Shown piece after piece: positions 25,324-33,811 of a stretch of DNA of 62,753 bases. Within the stretch, counting starts at the first letter, position 1, and the number at the start of each line of letters is the position of its first letter. A model generated the notes under the pieces. It was not told where the DNA came from. It made no database searches and saw only the letters and a list, made by a program, of their open reading frames with translations. The stretch is from an uncultured virus (IMG/VR IMGVR_UViG_3300031758_000014) (taxonomy: Duplodnaviria; Heunggongvirae; Uroviricota; Caudoviricetes), in IMG/VR virus record IMGVR_UViG_3300031758_000014. One strand, given 5' to 3'. A program made the position numbers and the translations under genes.

Positions 25324-25398
25324 GGTGTACGACCGGTAACGATCCGGCTATCTTCACTTTCACAGAGTGACGGGTCTACCATTTCCCCTTCATACACC
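25324..25398 (-). tRNA. tRNA-His(GTG)
   Basis: G-1:C73; TCACT CT GTG AA AGTGA. Confidence 0.86.
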
Positions 25399-25409
25399 AT
25401 TTATTTTAG

Positions 25410-25483
25410 TGACCCCGGTGGGATTCGAACCCACGGTCTTCCGATTAAAAGTCGGAGGCTTGAACCAACTCAGCTACGAAGTC
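25410..25483 (-). tRNA. tRNA-Lys(TTT)
   Basis: TCCGA CT TTT AA TCGGA. Confidence 0.9.
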
Positions 25484-25492
25484 ATAAGAAAC

Positions 25493-25521
25493 AAAAAAAC
25501 CCAAGTCTTTTGAACTTGGGT
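25493..25521 (-). terminator. attenuator terminator of tRNA cluster E
   Basis: ACCCAAGU/ACUUGGGU hairpin plus U-run. Confidence 0.86.
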
Positions 25522-25543
25522 CTGTTTGTAGTTATATTTTATT

Positions 25544-25663
25544 TTATAAAGTCGTTAAGTCTTCAAAAAATAAACACAATACTTTTCCAGTACCAAGTTC
25601 TGATTTATTGCTAAACCATTTGCTTGATTTACTAAAATGTTTATGTTTATTAATTGTTCTCAT
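25544..25663 (-). CDS. leader peptide E: MRTINKHKHFSKSSKWFSNKSELGTGKVLCLFFEDLTTL
   Basis: Manual translation; K/H/F/W/N core matches the cluster; GAACTTGG antiterminator. Confidence 0.88.
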   Translation of the reverse strand: MRTINKHKHFSKSSKWFSNKSELGTGKVLCLFFEDLTTL

Positions 25664-25711
25664 TATTTCTATATATTAAAAGTTTTTTCTCTCTTTGTTA
25701 ATTTTATACTA

Positions 25712-25833
25712 CAAATTTAATAAAAGTTTTTATATCTACCAAATTATTTGTAAAAATTATTGAAAATTGTATCTAAATCGTTTCCTTTTTCAATAACAAT
25801 ACAAATATAAGGAGATTATTTTAATCTACCAAA
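25712..25833 (-). promoter_or_regulatory. tandem Bacteroidota-type promoters of cluster E
   Basis: TTTG-N20-TAaaTTTG (25712-25743) and TTTG-N20-TAtaTTTG (25802-25833). Confidence 0.78.
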
Positions 25834-25913
25834 TTATTTAGGTCCGTAACCTAATAAATTAATTTCATTTAATATTCTATTAAAATCCTTTATGAAATCT
25901 ATAAACTTCTTCA

Positions 25914-27758
25914 TTATTCTATCCAATTTTCTAATACTTCTTTTTCTAAGTTAAGACTTCTTAATAAGTTTTTAACTTTGTTTAAATATTCATCTTCATC
26001 TTCAAACTTAATTCTTGGTAATCTACCATCTAACACACCATTATAATAATCAAGTTTTTTATCAATAGCATCTATCAATTTTTCAAGATTAGGATTTCTG
26101 AATAAATAGTGTAACTCATCTGTGTAGTAACCTTTACCAGGTTTGATATCTAATAATTCACAATGTGATCTTGATAACATACCTAAATCGGTATCATAAA
26201 CCTCTATTCTTAGATCTGTTATATAATATTTACCCATTTCTTCGGAGTAAGATAACATACCATCATAAAAATTATAATGTACACCATCATGGTCTAAGTA
26301 ATTTTCACAAGCTAATCTACTTGTACTGATAGCATCACTATAAACATCAGACTCATCAGAAACATCACCATAATCAAATCTGGATATACTTATGGACCAA
26401 CTATATATGTCATCATCGACTGAAGTTATTATTGATGTGTTATCACCTTCATAATAACTTCTATCTAAAAATTCAGAGTAGTAAGCATCATGTTCATTAA
26501 TATATTCTTCTCTAAATTCATCATAAACTATATCATTTGAGTCTTCTGGATACCATCCTAAATATCTCCTATTACCTACTGATACTTCTACAGCATCATT
26601 TCTTCGTATGTATGATTCTAACCAATCAGAGTAAACAGCTTCATCTTCTGGAATCCTTTCATCATAATAATCAGACCAAACTCCACTATAATCTTCATAA
26701 GTACCATCTGTACAAGTTAATCCCCAATCTTGATCTTCGTTATCATCATTGTATAATAATCTATTATCAACATCTAATCTTTTGAATGTATCCATATATG
26801 GGTAGTAATTAAACTTAGCTTTATCTAATCTAATTCTGATGTCAATCCAATTATGATTTTCGCCTTTATATGTTATATCTCTTACTTGACTATAACCAGA
26901 GTATGTTCTTCTAGCCCATCCCATTTCATCTGAATAATCTTTGAATAATTTAGTTATTGAGTCATCCTTTCCGTAAATTCTATCCATGAAGAATTCGGCT
27001 TCTTCTATATCACTTGATTTATGATCATTTAATTTCCAAACAAGTGCTCTACCTAATACTTTATCTTCTTCATTTAAATAAACAAGAAGTTGTACTATTT
27101 CTGTATTTTCAACATAAATATCTAAATATTTTTGACATTTATCATATCTCATACAAGAATTTCCTAAATCTCCAGCTTCTTCTTCATAATTAGATACTAA
27201 ATAATACTTTCTAATATCTTCTCCCTTAACTAAAATGAATTTATTTTCACCAGGTTTGTTTAAGTTTTTGAAGTTATTGACAAACTCTTCAACTTCTTTT
27301 GAAGAGTATTTACCTGGAAATATTTGATTGACTAATCTACCAATACCTGTTGAGTTTCTTGATTTTGTACTTAATTCATAATCTTGATATGTGAATAGGT
27401 TTCGTATCTCACCATCTGTTATAGTACCCCCTTTCATCTTTTCCTCTATATCATTAAATAAGTTTTTTGCTATATCTGGGGTGTATTTAGCCTCAAGTCC
27501 TTTTTTTATTAGGGAAACTGCTTTTTTGAATTGTGTGAATTTAATATCACCTTCATTATCACCTAATGAAATAAAAGTCATATCTGGTTTTACATCGGTG
27601 TATTCAACTTCTAATAGATTTTGAGCAATTACACTCTTTTTTAGATTTCTTAATTTTATTAAAGAATCTTTGAAATCTCTTGTATAGAAAATCATAGATT
27701 CATTTATAGCACTTTCTAATATTAAGTCTTCTTTAAATGAATTATATCTGTGTAACAT
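25914..27758 (-). CDS. conserved phage protein (SCMR..GRALVW..DRIY..YPYMDTF), putative virion-packaged
   Basis: 614 aa ORF; motif set recurrent in large phages; N-terminal YNSF...LILE. Confidence 0.7.
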   Translation of the reverse strand: MLHRYNSFKEDLILESAINESMIFYTRDFKDSLIKLRNLKKSVIAQNLLEVEYTDVKPDMTFISLGDNEGDIKFTQFKKAVSLIKKGLEAKYTPDIAKNLFNDIEEKMKGGTITDGEIRNLFTYQDYELSTKSRNSTGIGRLVNQIFPGKYSSKEVEEFVNNFKNLNKPGENKFILVKGEDIRKYYLVSNYEEEAGDLGNSCMRYDKCQKYLDIYVENTEIVQLLVYLNEEDKVLGRALVWKLNDHKSSDIEEAEFFMDRIYGKDDSITKLFKDYSDEMGWARRTYSGYSQVRDITYKGENHNWIDIRIRLDKAKFNYYPYMDTFKRLDVDNRLLYNDDNEDQDWGLTCTDGTYEDYSGVWSDYYDERIPEDEAVYSDWLESYIRRNDAVEVSVGNRRYLGWYPEDSNDIVYDEFREEYINEHDAYYSEFLDRSYYEGDNTSIITSVDDDIYSWSISISRFDYGDVSDESDVYSDAISTSRLACENYLDHDGVHYNFYDGMLSYSEEMGKYYITDLRIEVYDTDLGMLSRSHCELLDIKPGKGYYTDELHYLFRNPNLEKLIDAIDKKLDYYNGVLDGRLPRIKFEDEDEYLNKVKNLLRSLNLEKEVLENWIE

Positions 27759-27791
27759 TATAAAAAATGAATTTTAATTATATATTAAAAT

Positions 27792-28418
27792 TCATTCCTC
27801 ATTTTCATACTCTTTTCTTATACATCTAACTGAAAGGAAATCTCCCAAGTCGGCTTTTCCTCTTCCAACATTGTATATTTCATCAAACTCTATACCCCAT
27901 GCTTTTTCACCATCTTTAGTTGATGTCCAGTAGAATGATCCTTTTATAACAATTAATGACTTTTTAATTGTATCGTTAATAGTATCGGTCTTGTAACCTT
28001 TGTATCCATTGTTATTATTTACAAATGCTTTTAGTTGATCTTCGCTTAATGTATTTATTAGTGTGTCCCAATCTTGTTTAGATGGTAGAAACCAACCAGT
28101 TGGACAAGAACTCATTGCTCCTTCATAGTTTAGTTTTAAAGAATCGTAAGTAGGATTTATAAAACTACCAATTCCTTTTTGATCTCTTTGAGTTTCAAGA
28201 TTTAGTAGGTATTTTTGATCTTTATATGGTATTAAATCATCTCGCATCCAAGAAACAAAGTGTTTTATACCACCATTATCATCGAATATGGGAATTTCTA
28301 TAACTCTATATAAATGAAAGTTATGATGTATATGACCTTCTTTTAATCTAACTTGTTTATCTTGTGATAAAGATATAAGTGATAAAAGTGTAAAGATTAA
28401 TAATATAAAATATCTCAT
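27792..28418 (-). CDS. secreted FISUMP (Fib_succ_major)-domain protein
   Basis: Signal peptide; CPTGWFLPS..DW, YWTST, SVRCIR. Confidence 0.75.
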   Translation of the reverse strand: MRYFILLIFTLLSLISLSQDKQVRLKEGHIHHNFHLYRVIEIPIFDDNGGIKHFVSWMRDDLIPYKDQKYLLNLETQRDQKGIGSFINPTYDSLKLNYEGAMSSCPTGWFLPSKQDWDTLINTLSEDQLKAFVNNNNGYKGYKTDTINDTIKKSLIVIKGSFYWTSTKDGEKAWGIEFDEIYNVGRGKADLGDFLSVRCIRKEYENEE

Positions 28419-28678
28419 AATATACTATTTAGTTTTTTATTTCTAATCTCACTTAAATAATCTTGAGTTCTAACAAATGCTTTTATATTAAATCCGTTTT
28501 TAGTTTCAGCATTAAAAACTATTGCGTCTATTAAGATACCAGAATCAAAAAATTTACCATCTTCAAAATAACTACCATTCGAATTAGGAGTTATACTAAT
28601 AATGTTGTGATTTTCATTTTCATTTTGACTATTAGCCAATTTTATTATTAAATCGATATCTATATCTTTTAAATTCAT
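28415..28678 (-). CDS. hypothetical protein with C-terminal tag (RNKKLNSIL)
   Basis: ORF track; shared motif. Confidence 0.7.
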   Translation of the reverse strand: MNLKDIDIDLIIKLANSQNENENHNIISITPNSNGSYFEDGKFFDSGILIDAIVFNAETKNGFNIKAFVRTQDYLSEIRNKKLNSIL

Positions 28679-28710
28679 AAAAATGTTTTTATTTTTTAAT
28701 ATATAAAGAT

Positions 28711-29235
28711 ATGAAATTTAATTCACACAACAAAATTAATTTTATTGGAATGAAATCAAAAAAACATATCAGAGATTTCAGGATATTTGAATATGTTAAT
28801 AACAATGTTGATGTTGTTGTTGGTTTATTAGTTTTATGTAAATCCACCAATAGAGTTTTCTTAATTCAAAGAAATGATACAAATCAATATTGGTCAATAT
28901 TAACTGGTGGTTATGATCCAAAAGTTGATGTTGATTATTTAGATTGTATAAAAAGAGAAATGTCTGAAGAACTTAGATTTAATGATATTAATTCGATAAA
29001 AATATCAAATGGTGGTGATGAGTTTATCGCATCTAAAAATAGAAACTTTAAATATTTCTATGGTGTTGTGGATAAAGAATTTTCTGTTATATTGGATGAT
29101 GAAAATTTAAATTGGGGTTGGTTTTCAATGAATGGTGAATCAACAATCAATGGTCAATTTAATTCATTCGGTTTACCTGATAATCTTTATCCAGGAGTAA
29201 TTCAAAAAATACAAACTATATTTAGTATTTATTAA
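28711..29235 (+). CDS. NUDIX hydrolase
   Basis: Degenerate Nudix box GG......CIKREMSEEL. Confidence 0.75.
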   Translation: MKFNSHNKINFIGMKSKKHIRDFRIFEYVNNNVDVVVGLLVLCKSTNRVFLIQRNDTNQYWSILTGGYDPKVDVDYLDCIKREMSEELRFNDINSIKISNGGDEFIASKNRNFKYFYGVVDKEFSVILDDENLNWGWFSMNGESTINGQFNSFGLPDNLYPGVIQKIQTIFSIY

Positions 29236-30184
29236 AAAAATCTTTTTCAACATCAAAAGTTGATTTCTTACCAACATTTTTCAATTCATCTTTAATCCAT
29301 CTATCAGCAACTTGTCTTCCAGCATTCTTTAATTTTAAAAGAAAATTTAAATCAGTATTCATTTTAGTTGAGTAATCTAATTTACCTAATGTTTCATAAC
29401 CAGATATTAAGTGTACAAATATTTCTTCACTTCCATATTTACCTAAATCTAAACCATCTCTAATTAATTCATTTCTAATTTGTATCATTCTCATTTCATT
29501 CATTAATGAGGAATTGAAACATATTTCAGTTACTCTATCATTTATATCTTTTGCATTCATAGGAACTTGATTTATATTTATAGAGTTTAACTTAATTAAG
29601 ATTAAATCTGTTACTTTTGAGTTTAGAATTAGTGGTGAAAGTGGTGGATTTCCCATATATCCACCATCCCAATAGTAATCATCACCAATTTTAACAGCTT
29701 GAAAGACACTTGGTAGAGCAGTTGATGCCATTACCGAGTCAATTGTAATGTTTCTACCATTAAATATTTTTACATTATTAGTTTTAACATTTGTTGCACA
29801 GATGAATAATTTCACATTAGTCTTTTTTAGCTCATTAAAATCAACTATATTTAGTAATATATTTCTTAAAGGATTTATATTAAGTGGATTGAATTGGTAG
29901 GGAGATATAAATTGAGTGAAATATTCAACAAACGGATAACTTAATTTAAATCCATGTTTGGATATATCTACCCAAAGTTTTTCAAGTAGTTCTTTGGCTT
30001 TTTGGCGACCGCCTATATGTAAACCCCATGTCATTACAACAGCATTTACAGCACCAGCTGAAGTACCACAAATTGAATCAAATGATAACTCTTTTTCATC
30101 AAGTTCTAACAATCTATCCAACACACCCCAAGCGAAGGCTCCGTGAGAGCCTCCTCCTTGTAGTGCTAATCCTATTTTACTCAT
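29222..30184 (-). CDS. patatin-like phospholipase
   Basis: QGGGSHGA, GTSAG, YWDGGY. Confidence 0.9.
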   Translation of the reverse strand: MSKIGLALQGGGSHGAFAWGVLDRLLELDEKELSFDSICGTSAGAVNAVVMTWGLHIGGRQKAKELLEKLWVDISKHGFKLSYPFVEYFTQFISPYQFNPLNINPLRNILLNIVDFNELKKTNVKLFICATNVKTNNVKIFNGRNITIDSVMASTALPSVFQAVKIGDDYYWDGGYMGNPPLSPLILNSKVTDLILIKLNSININQVPMNAKDINDRVTEICFNSSLMNEMRMIQIRNELIRDGLDLGKYGSEEIFVHLISGYETLGKLDYSTKMNTDLNFLLKLKNAGRQVADRWIKDELKNVGKKSTFDVEKDFFNKY

Positions 30185-30185
30185 A

Positions 30186-30842
30186 TTAAATAAACTTTTT
30201 AGTATCTTCGATAAACTTTTCTAAACCAATATCAGTTAGTGGGTGATTTAAAAGAGATTTTATTACATCTAATGGAGCAGTTATAACATCACAACCTAAT
30301 TTAGAACATTCTATAATGTGCATTGGATTTCTAAGAGATGCTGCTAAAACTTTTGTTTTTATATCAGAGTAATTATCAAATATAGATAAAATATCTTTAA
30401 TTAGTTTTACCCCATCAGATGATACATCATCTAATCTTCCAACAAACGGTGAAACGTATGTAGCACCAGCTTTAGCTGCTAAAAGAGCTTGACCTGGAGA
30501 AAATATTAAAGTACAGTTTGTTTTAATTCCATTTTTGGATAACTTTTTAATCACTTTAATACCATCAGCAGTCATAGGTACTTTAACAACTATATTTTCA
30601 TGTAGTTTTGATAGTTTCAAACCTTCTTCTAACATTGATTCGTAATTAGTTGAAAGAACTTCAGCTGATACGTGACCGGATGTGATGTCACAAATATCAA
30701 TATAATGTTGTAAAACATTTTGATGACCTTGAATTCCTTCTTTAGCCATAAGAGATGGATTTGTTGTAACACCATCTAATATACCAAGTTCGTGAGCTTC
30801 TTTGATTTGATTTAGGTTTGCTGTGTCGATAAAAAATTTCAT
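30186..30842 (-). CDS. fsa: fructose-6-phosphate aldolase / TalC-type transaldolase
   Basis: MKFFIDTAN, GVTTNPSL, VVKVP, YVSPFVGRLDD. Confidence 0.92.
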   Translation of the reverse strand: MKFFIDTANLNQIKEAHELGILDGVTTNPSLMAKEGIQGHQNVLQHYIDICDITSGHVSAEVLSTNYESMLEEGLKLSKLHENIVVKVPMTADGIKVIKKLSKNGIKTNCTLIFSPGQALLAAKAGATYVSPFVGRLDDVSSDGVKLIKDILSIFDNYSDIKTKVLAASLRNPMHIIECSKLGCDVITAPLDVIKSLLNHPLTDIGLEKFIEDTKKFI

Positions 30843-30979
30843 ATTTTATTTTATTTTTTAAAAGTTAGGATCGTTAGGATCTAATTCTTTTACAATGTGT
30901 TCTTCTATCCAAGACTTTGGTATATAAGATAAGAGTGAATAGATAACACCAACTAAGATTAATGTAAATGGTAGCATAA

Positions 30980-31510
30980 TTATTTCTTCTTTTTTAATAA
31001 CTCTTTTGCTGACTTAAAGTTAGCTATAGTTTCATCTGAAAGATTTTTTGTGGGTAGTGATTGAAAATTGTGACATCTTAAAACTGTTTCATACCATTCA
31101 ACTGAATTGCTTACATTTAAGAGTATAAAGTTTTTAAGTCTATAATTGTTAACTATTTCTTTGAATGTGTCTTTATTACAACCATGTACTCTTAATTTTT
31201 CTAATATTGTATTTTTTTGTCTTCCCTTTTCAGCAATTTCTTCTAACATATTCCTAAAGTTTAAGATAGCTTCCTCATACTTATCTGTTTCACCTAAGAT
31301 AACTTTTAGTTGAGTATCTCTATCTCTTTCTTTAATTGTATTTTTGAAAAATTCCGAAGCTTGATAAGAGCTTTTGAATTCAAATTCAAAAATTTCGCCA
31401 ATTGTATTTTCACTAATAGCTTTCATAAGAGCTTTTTCATTTCTGAAAAACTTACCGCTACCCCATTTTCTTTTTAAGAAAAAGACTTTATTATTTTTCT
31501 GATTCCACAT
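30980..31510 (-). CDS. hypothetical protein
   Basis: ORF track; internal RDTQLKVIL. Confidence 0.65.
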   Translation of the reverse strand: MWNQKNNKVFFLKRKWGSGKFFRNEKALMKAISENTIGEIFEFEFKSSYQASEFFKNTIKERDRDTQLKVILGETDKYEEAILNFRNMLEEIAEKGRQKNTILEKLRVHGCNKDTFKEIVNNYRLKNFILLNVSNSVEWYETVLRCHNFQSLPTKNLSDETIANFKSAKELLKKKK

Positions 31511-31823
31511 CTTTACACATTTTTTCTACTATATCTTCTTCGATTAAATCTTCAACATCTTTGTTTTCATTTACAAATAAATCTGTAGCATCTTGTATAT
31601 CAACATCTACGTTATTATTTTTAAAGAATTCTTTCATCTTTTCCAAATTGATTTGGTTGCAAATAACAACTGATGTTATGAAATTATTTTCGTTAACTAA
31701 ATCAACTGATAATTTCAAATCTAAATCCAACATAGCTTGTTGATCTTTTTCTGAAAGATTATTATTTAGATTCTTATTTGTTTCTTCAGTAAGATTTGTA
31801 TTTATTAAATAAACTCTATTCAT
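31491..31823 (-). CDS. hypothetical protein
   Basis: ORF track. Confidence 0.6.
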   Translation of the reverse strand: MNRVYLINTNLTEETNKNLNNNLSEKDQQAMLDLDLKLSVDLVNENNFITSVVICNQINLEKMKEFFKNNNVDVDIQDATDLFVNENKDVEDLIEEDIVEKMCKDVESEK

Positions 31824-31892
31824 ATTAGGTAATATTTTTTATTTATATGAAAAATTCCTTAAAAAGTTATTTAAGTATTTAATATATATGTA

Positions 31893-32180
31893 ATGAAATA
31901 CATTAAAGAATGGGCTTTATTTGAGAGTTATAACTCGGTTGATGAATTTGTTTATTTTGTTGTTAATAGTTTGAAGAAGTATAATATTTTTCAATCTGAA
32001 ATGACAGATTTAATTGATAGATATTATAATGAGATTGAAGAGGCTTATAATAATGGTAAACAACCATTTCAAGTTGCTGAAAAAATTGCTAAGGATTTAA
32101 ATTTAGATAGTGGTGGTCTAATGCAATATAGAGTAGGTGGTAGTCATGGTGCTGGTTATCAAGAAATAAAATATTTATAA
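31893..32180 (+). CDS. hypothetical protein with N-terminal MKYIKEWALFE motif
   Basis: TAATATATA upstream. Confidence 0.7.
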   Translation: MKYIKEWALFESYNSVDEFVYFVVNSLKKYNIFQSEMTDLIDRYYNEIEEAYNNGKQPFQVAEKIAKDLNLDSGGLMQYRVGGSHGAGYQEIKYL

Positions 32181-32182
32181 TT

Positions 32183-32479
32183 ATGAAAAGAATTAAAACA
32201 TATGATCAATTTTTTGAAGATGGTACAGCTGCTGTAAATGCTTCAACAACAGCCGGTATGGGTGCCGTTACAAATGCTGTAGTTGGTTCTATACCTGGTG
32301 TTCCTAATGGTGCTCCTGGTAGTGATGCTACATTTACTTTAGGTGGAGTTGCTACTAAACAACCAGTTGGTGGACCAGCTGATGTTTCTGATGCTAGATT
32401 TCTTAAAAAGGAAAAAACTAACAAAGTAGAAGATATTAAGAAAAAGAAAAAAGAAAAAGATGATGAAACATCTAAGTAG
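32183..32479 (+). CDS. hypothetical protein with N-terminal MKRIKTYDQFFE motif
   Basis: Resembles the T4 capsid targeting sequence. Confidence 0.7.
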   Translation: MKRIKTYDQFFEDGTAAVNASTTAGMGAVTNAVVGSIPGVPNGAPGSDATFTLGGVATKQPVGGPADVSDARFLKKEKTNKVEDIKKKKKEKDDETSK

Positions 32480-33149
32480 TTTTAAAATTTTTGAGAAAAA
32501 AGAAGAAAAGACTAAAGCTCAAGAAATGATTGAAGATTTCAAAAAAGAGTTTGGTACTGAATTAGATGATAAATTTGAAGTTGAACAGATTGAACTTTTG
32601 ATTAAGGCATTTAAATTCTTTAACGAAAAGTTTATCAAAAATAAAATACATAAAATAAAATTAGAAGATTTGGGTGGTGTTCATGGTAAATGGAAAGATA
32701 CACCTAAAAAGAAAAATATGACTTTAAATCCAAGTATTTTTAAATTTAAAAAAGAATTTGAAAATGGAGTTGATGATGTTCCTTATAAATTATTTGTTAT
32801 TGTTCATGAAATAGGACATTGTATAGACCATATTGAAAAGGTATCATTTTCTAAAAAATGGCAATCAATTTCTGGTTGGAAAAAATGTGATAGAGATGAA
32901 GTTATACCTAAAGGATATGATCGATATATAGAAAAAAGAAAGGGAAGAGAAAAAGCTGGTCCAAAAAAATCAAACTGGGTTCATAAAGAAGATGCTGATT
33001 TTTGTAGAAAATATTCTTCAAGAAATCCGAGAGAAGATTTTGCTGATAGTTTTGCTTTTGCTGTCTTTAAAGTTTGGAATAAGTTTAAAGGAGAAGGTGG
33101 TAAAGAAAAACTTGAAATAGTTAAAAAAGTTTTATGTGAAATAGATTAA
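32460..33149 (+). CDS. zincin-like metallopeptidase
   Basis: HEIGH and YS.RNPREDFADSF. Confidence 0.75.
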   Translation: MMKHLSSFKIFEKKEEKTKAQEMIEDFKKEFGTELDDKFEVEQIELLIKAFKFFNEKFIKNKIHKIKLEDLGGVHGKWKDTPKKKNMTLNPSIFKFKKEFENGVDDVPYKLFVIVHEIGHCIDHIEKVSFSKKWQSISGWKKCDRDEVIPKGYDRYIEKRKGREKAGPKKSNWVHKEDADFCRKYSSRNPREDFADSFAFAVFKVWNKFKGEGGKEKLEIVKKVLCEID

Positions 33150-33180
33150 AAAAAGACACTCATTTGAGTGTCTTTTTTTT
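33149..33180. terminator. bidirectional terminator
   Basis: AAAAAAGACACTC/GAGTGTCTTTTTT between convergent genes. Confidence 0.85.
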
Positions 33181-33766
33181 ATAAATCTCTACTTTTACTA
33201 TCTAAGAATTGTTTTTCTTCTTCTGATAAAGAATCTAAACCTTCTTTACCAATCTTATCTAAGATAGAATCAACGTCAAATTCTGTTTGATTTTGATAAT
33301 CTTGATTTACAACATCTTTTATTATTTCAATATCTACAAAGTTTTTATCAATTTCTGGAATTGATCTTTTAATTTCTTCATTTCCATAATATTCACACTC
33401 AACCATCATTTTAACTTTAGTTATTTCTGCAACAACTTTGAAAACACTTTCGGGAATAATACCTTTTGGTATTCTATCAGAAACAATGAAATTTCCAACT
33501 TTCATGGTTATATTAACTCTTACTTTGGACATTTCAAAATTGAGTCTTTCTTCATACATCATTTTTGATGTCATTTCTGAAATTTCTTCAAATTTCTCTG
33601 ATGAATTATGACTTTTTGGAACAAAGAACCCAAATGAGCAATAAAACTCAATCTTTGATTCATCAACTTCTTTTTTTGAGAAACTAACAGATTTGACATT
33701 TTCAATCCATTGTTGAATCTCTTCAAATTTAACTAATTCGTCTCTCTTAATATCGACTGTAAACAT
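33179..33766 (-). CDS. hypothetical protein with C-terminal D.ILDKI..EG..SL.EEE..FL helical domain
   Basis: ORF track; C-terminal motif. Confidence 0.65.
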   Translation of the reverse strand: MFTVDIKRDELVKFEEIQQWIENVKSVSFSKKEVDESKIEFYCSFGFFVPKSHNSSEKFEEISEMTSKMMYEERLNFEMSKVRVNITMKVGNFIVSDRIPKGIIPESVFKVVAEITKVKMMVECEYYGNEEIKRSIPEIDKNFVDIEIIKDVVNQDYQNQTEFDVDSILDKIGKEGLDSLSEEEKQFLDSKSRDL

Positions 33767-33811
33767 ATAAAATAAATTATTAATTAATGATACTACAAAT
33801 ATAAGGAAAGT

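Noticed and set aside
24753..25483. Exact repeats of about 75-85 bp that could suggest a CRISPR array
   Set aside because: They are duplicated tRNA-Phe and tRNA-Lys genes; no repeat-spacer periodicity or cas genes.
3408..25483. HDV-like theta ribozymes 3' of tRNAs
   Set aside because: Spacers after the tRNAs are short and AT-rich; no nested double-pseudoknot pattern was recognisable by eye. A motif search would be needed to exclude them fully.
3562..25614. Track ORFs overlapping tRNA clusters (3562, 4686, 15012, 20018, 20475, 21180, 23582, 23835, 23851, 25110, 25148, 25321)
   Set aside because: They are sense or antisense read-throughs of tRNA genes (GFEP/RTHG-type shadow peptides).
6017..25663. 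T-box riboswitches as the explanation of the tRNA operon leaders
   Set aside because: No T-box consensus (GGTGGNACCGCG) or Stem I motifs; the leaders are open reading frames with cognate codons.
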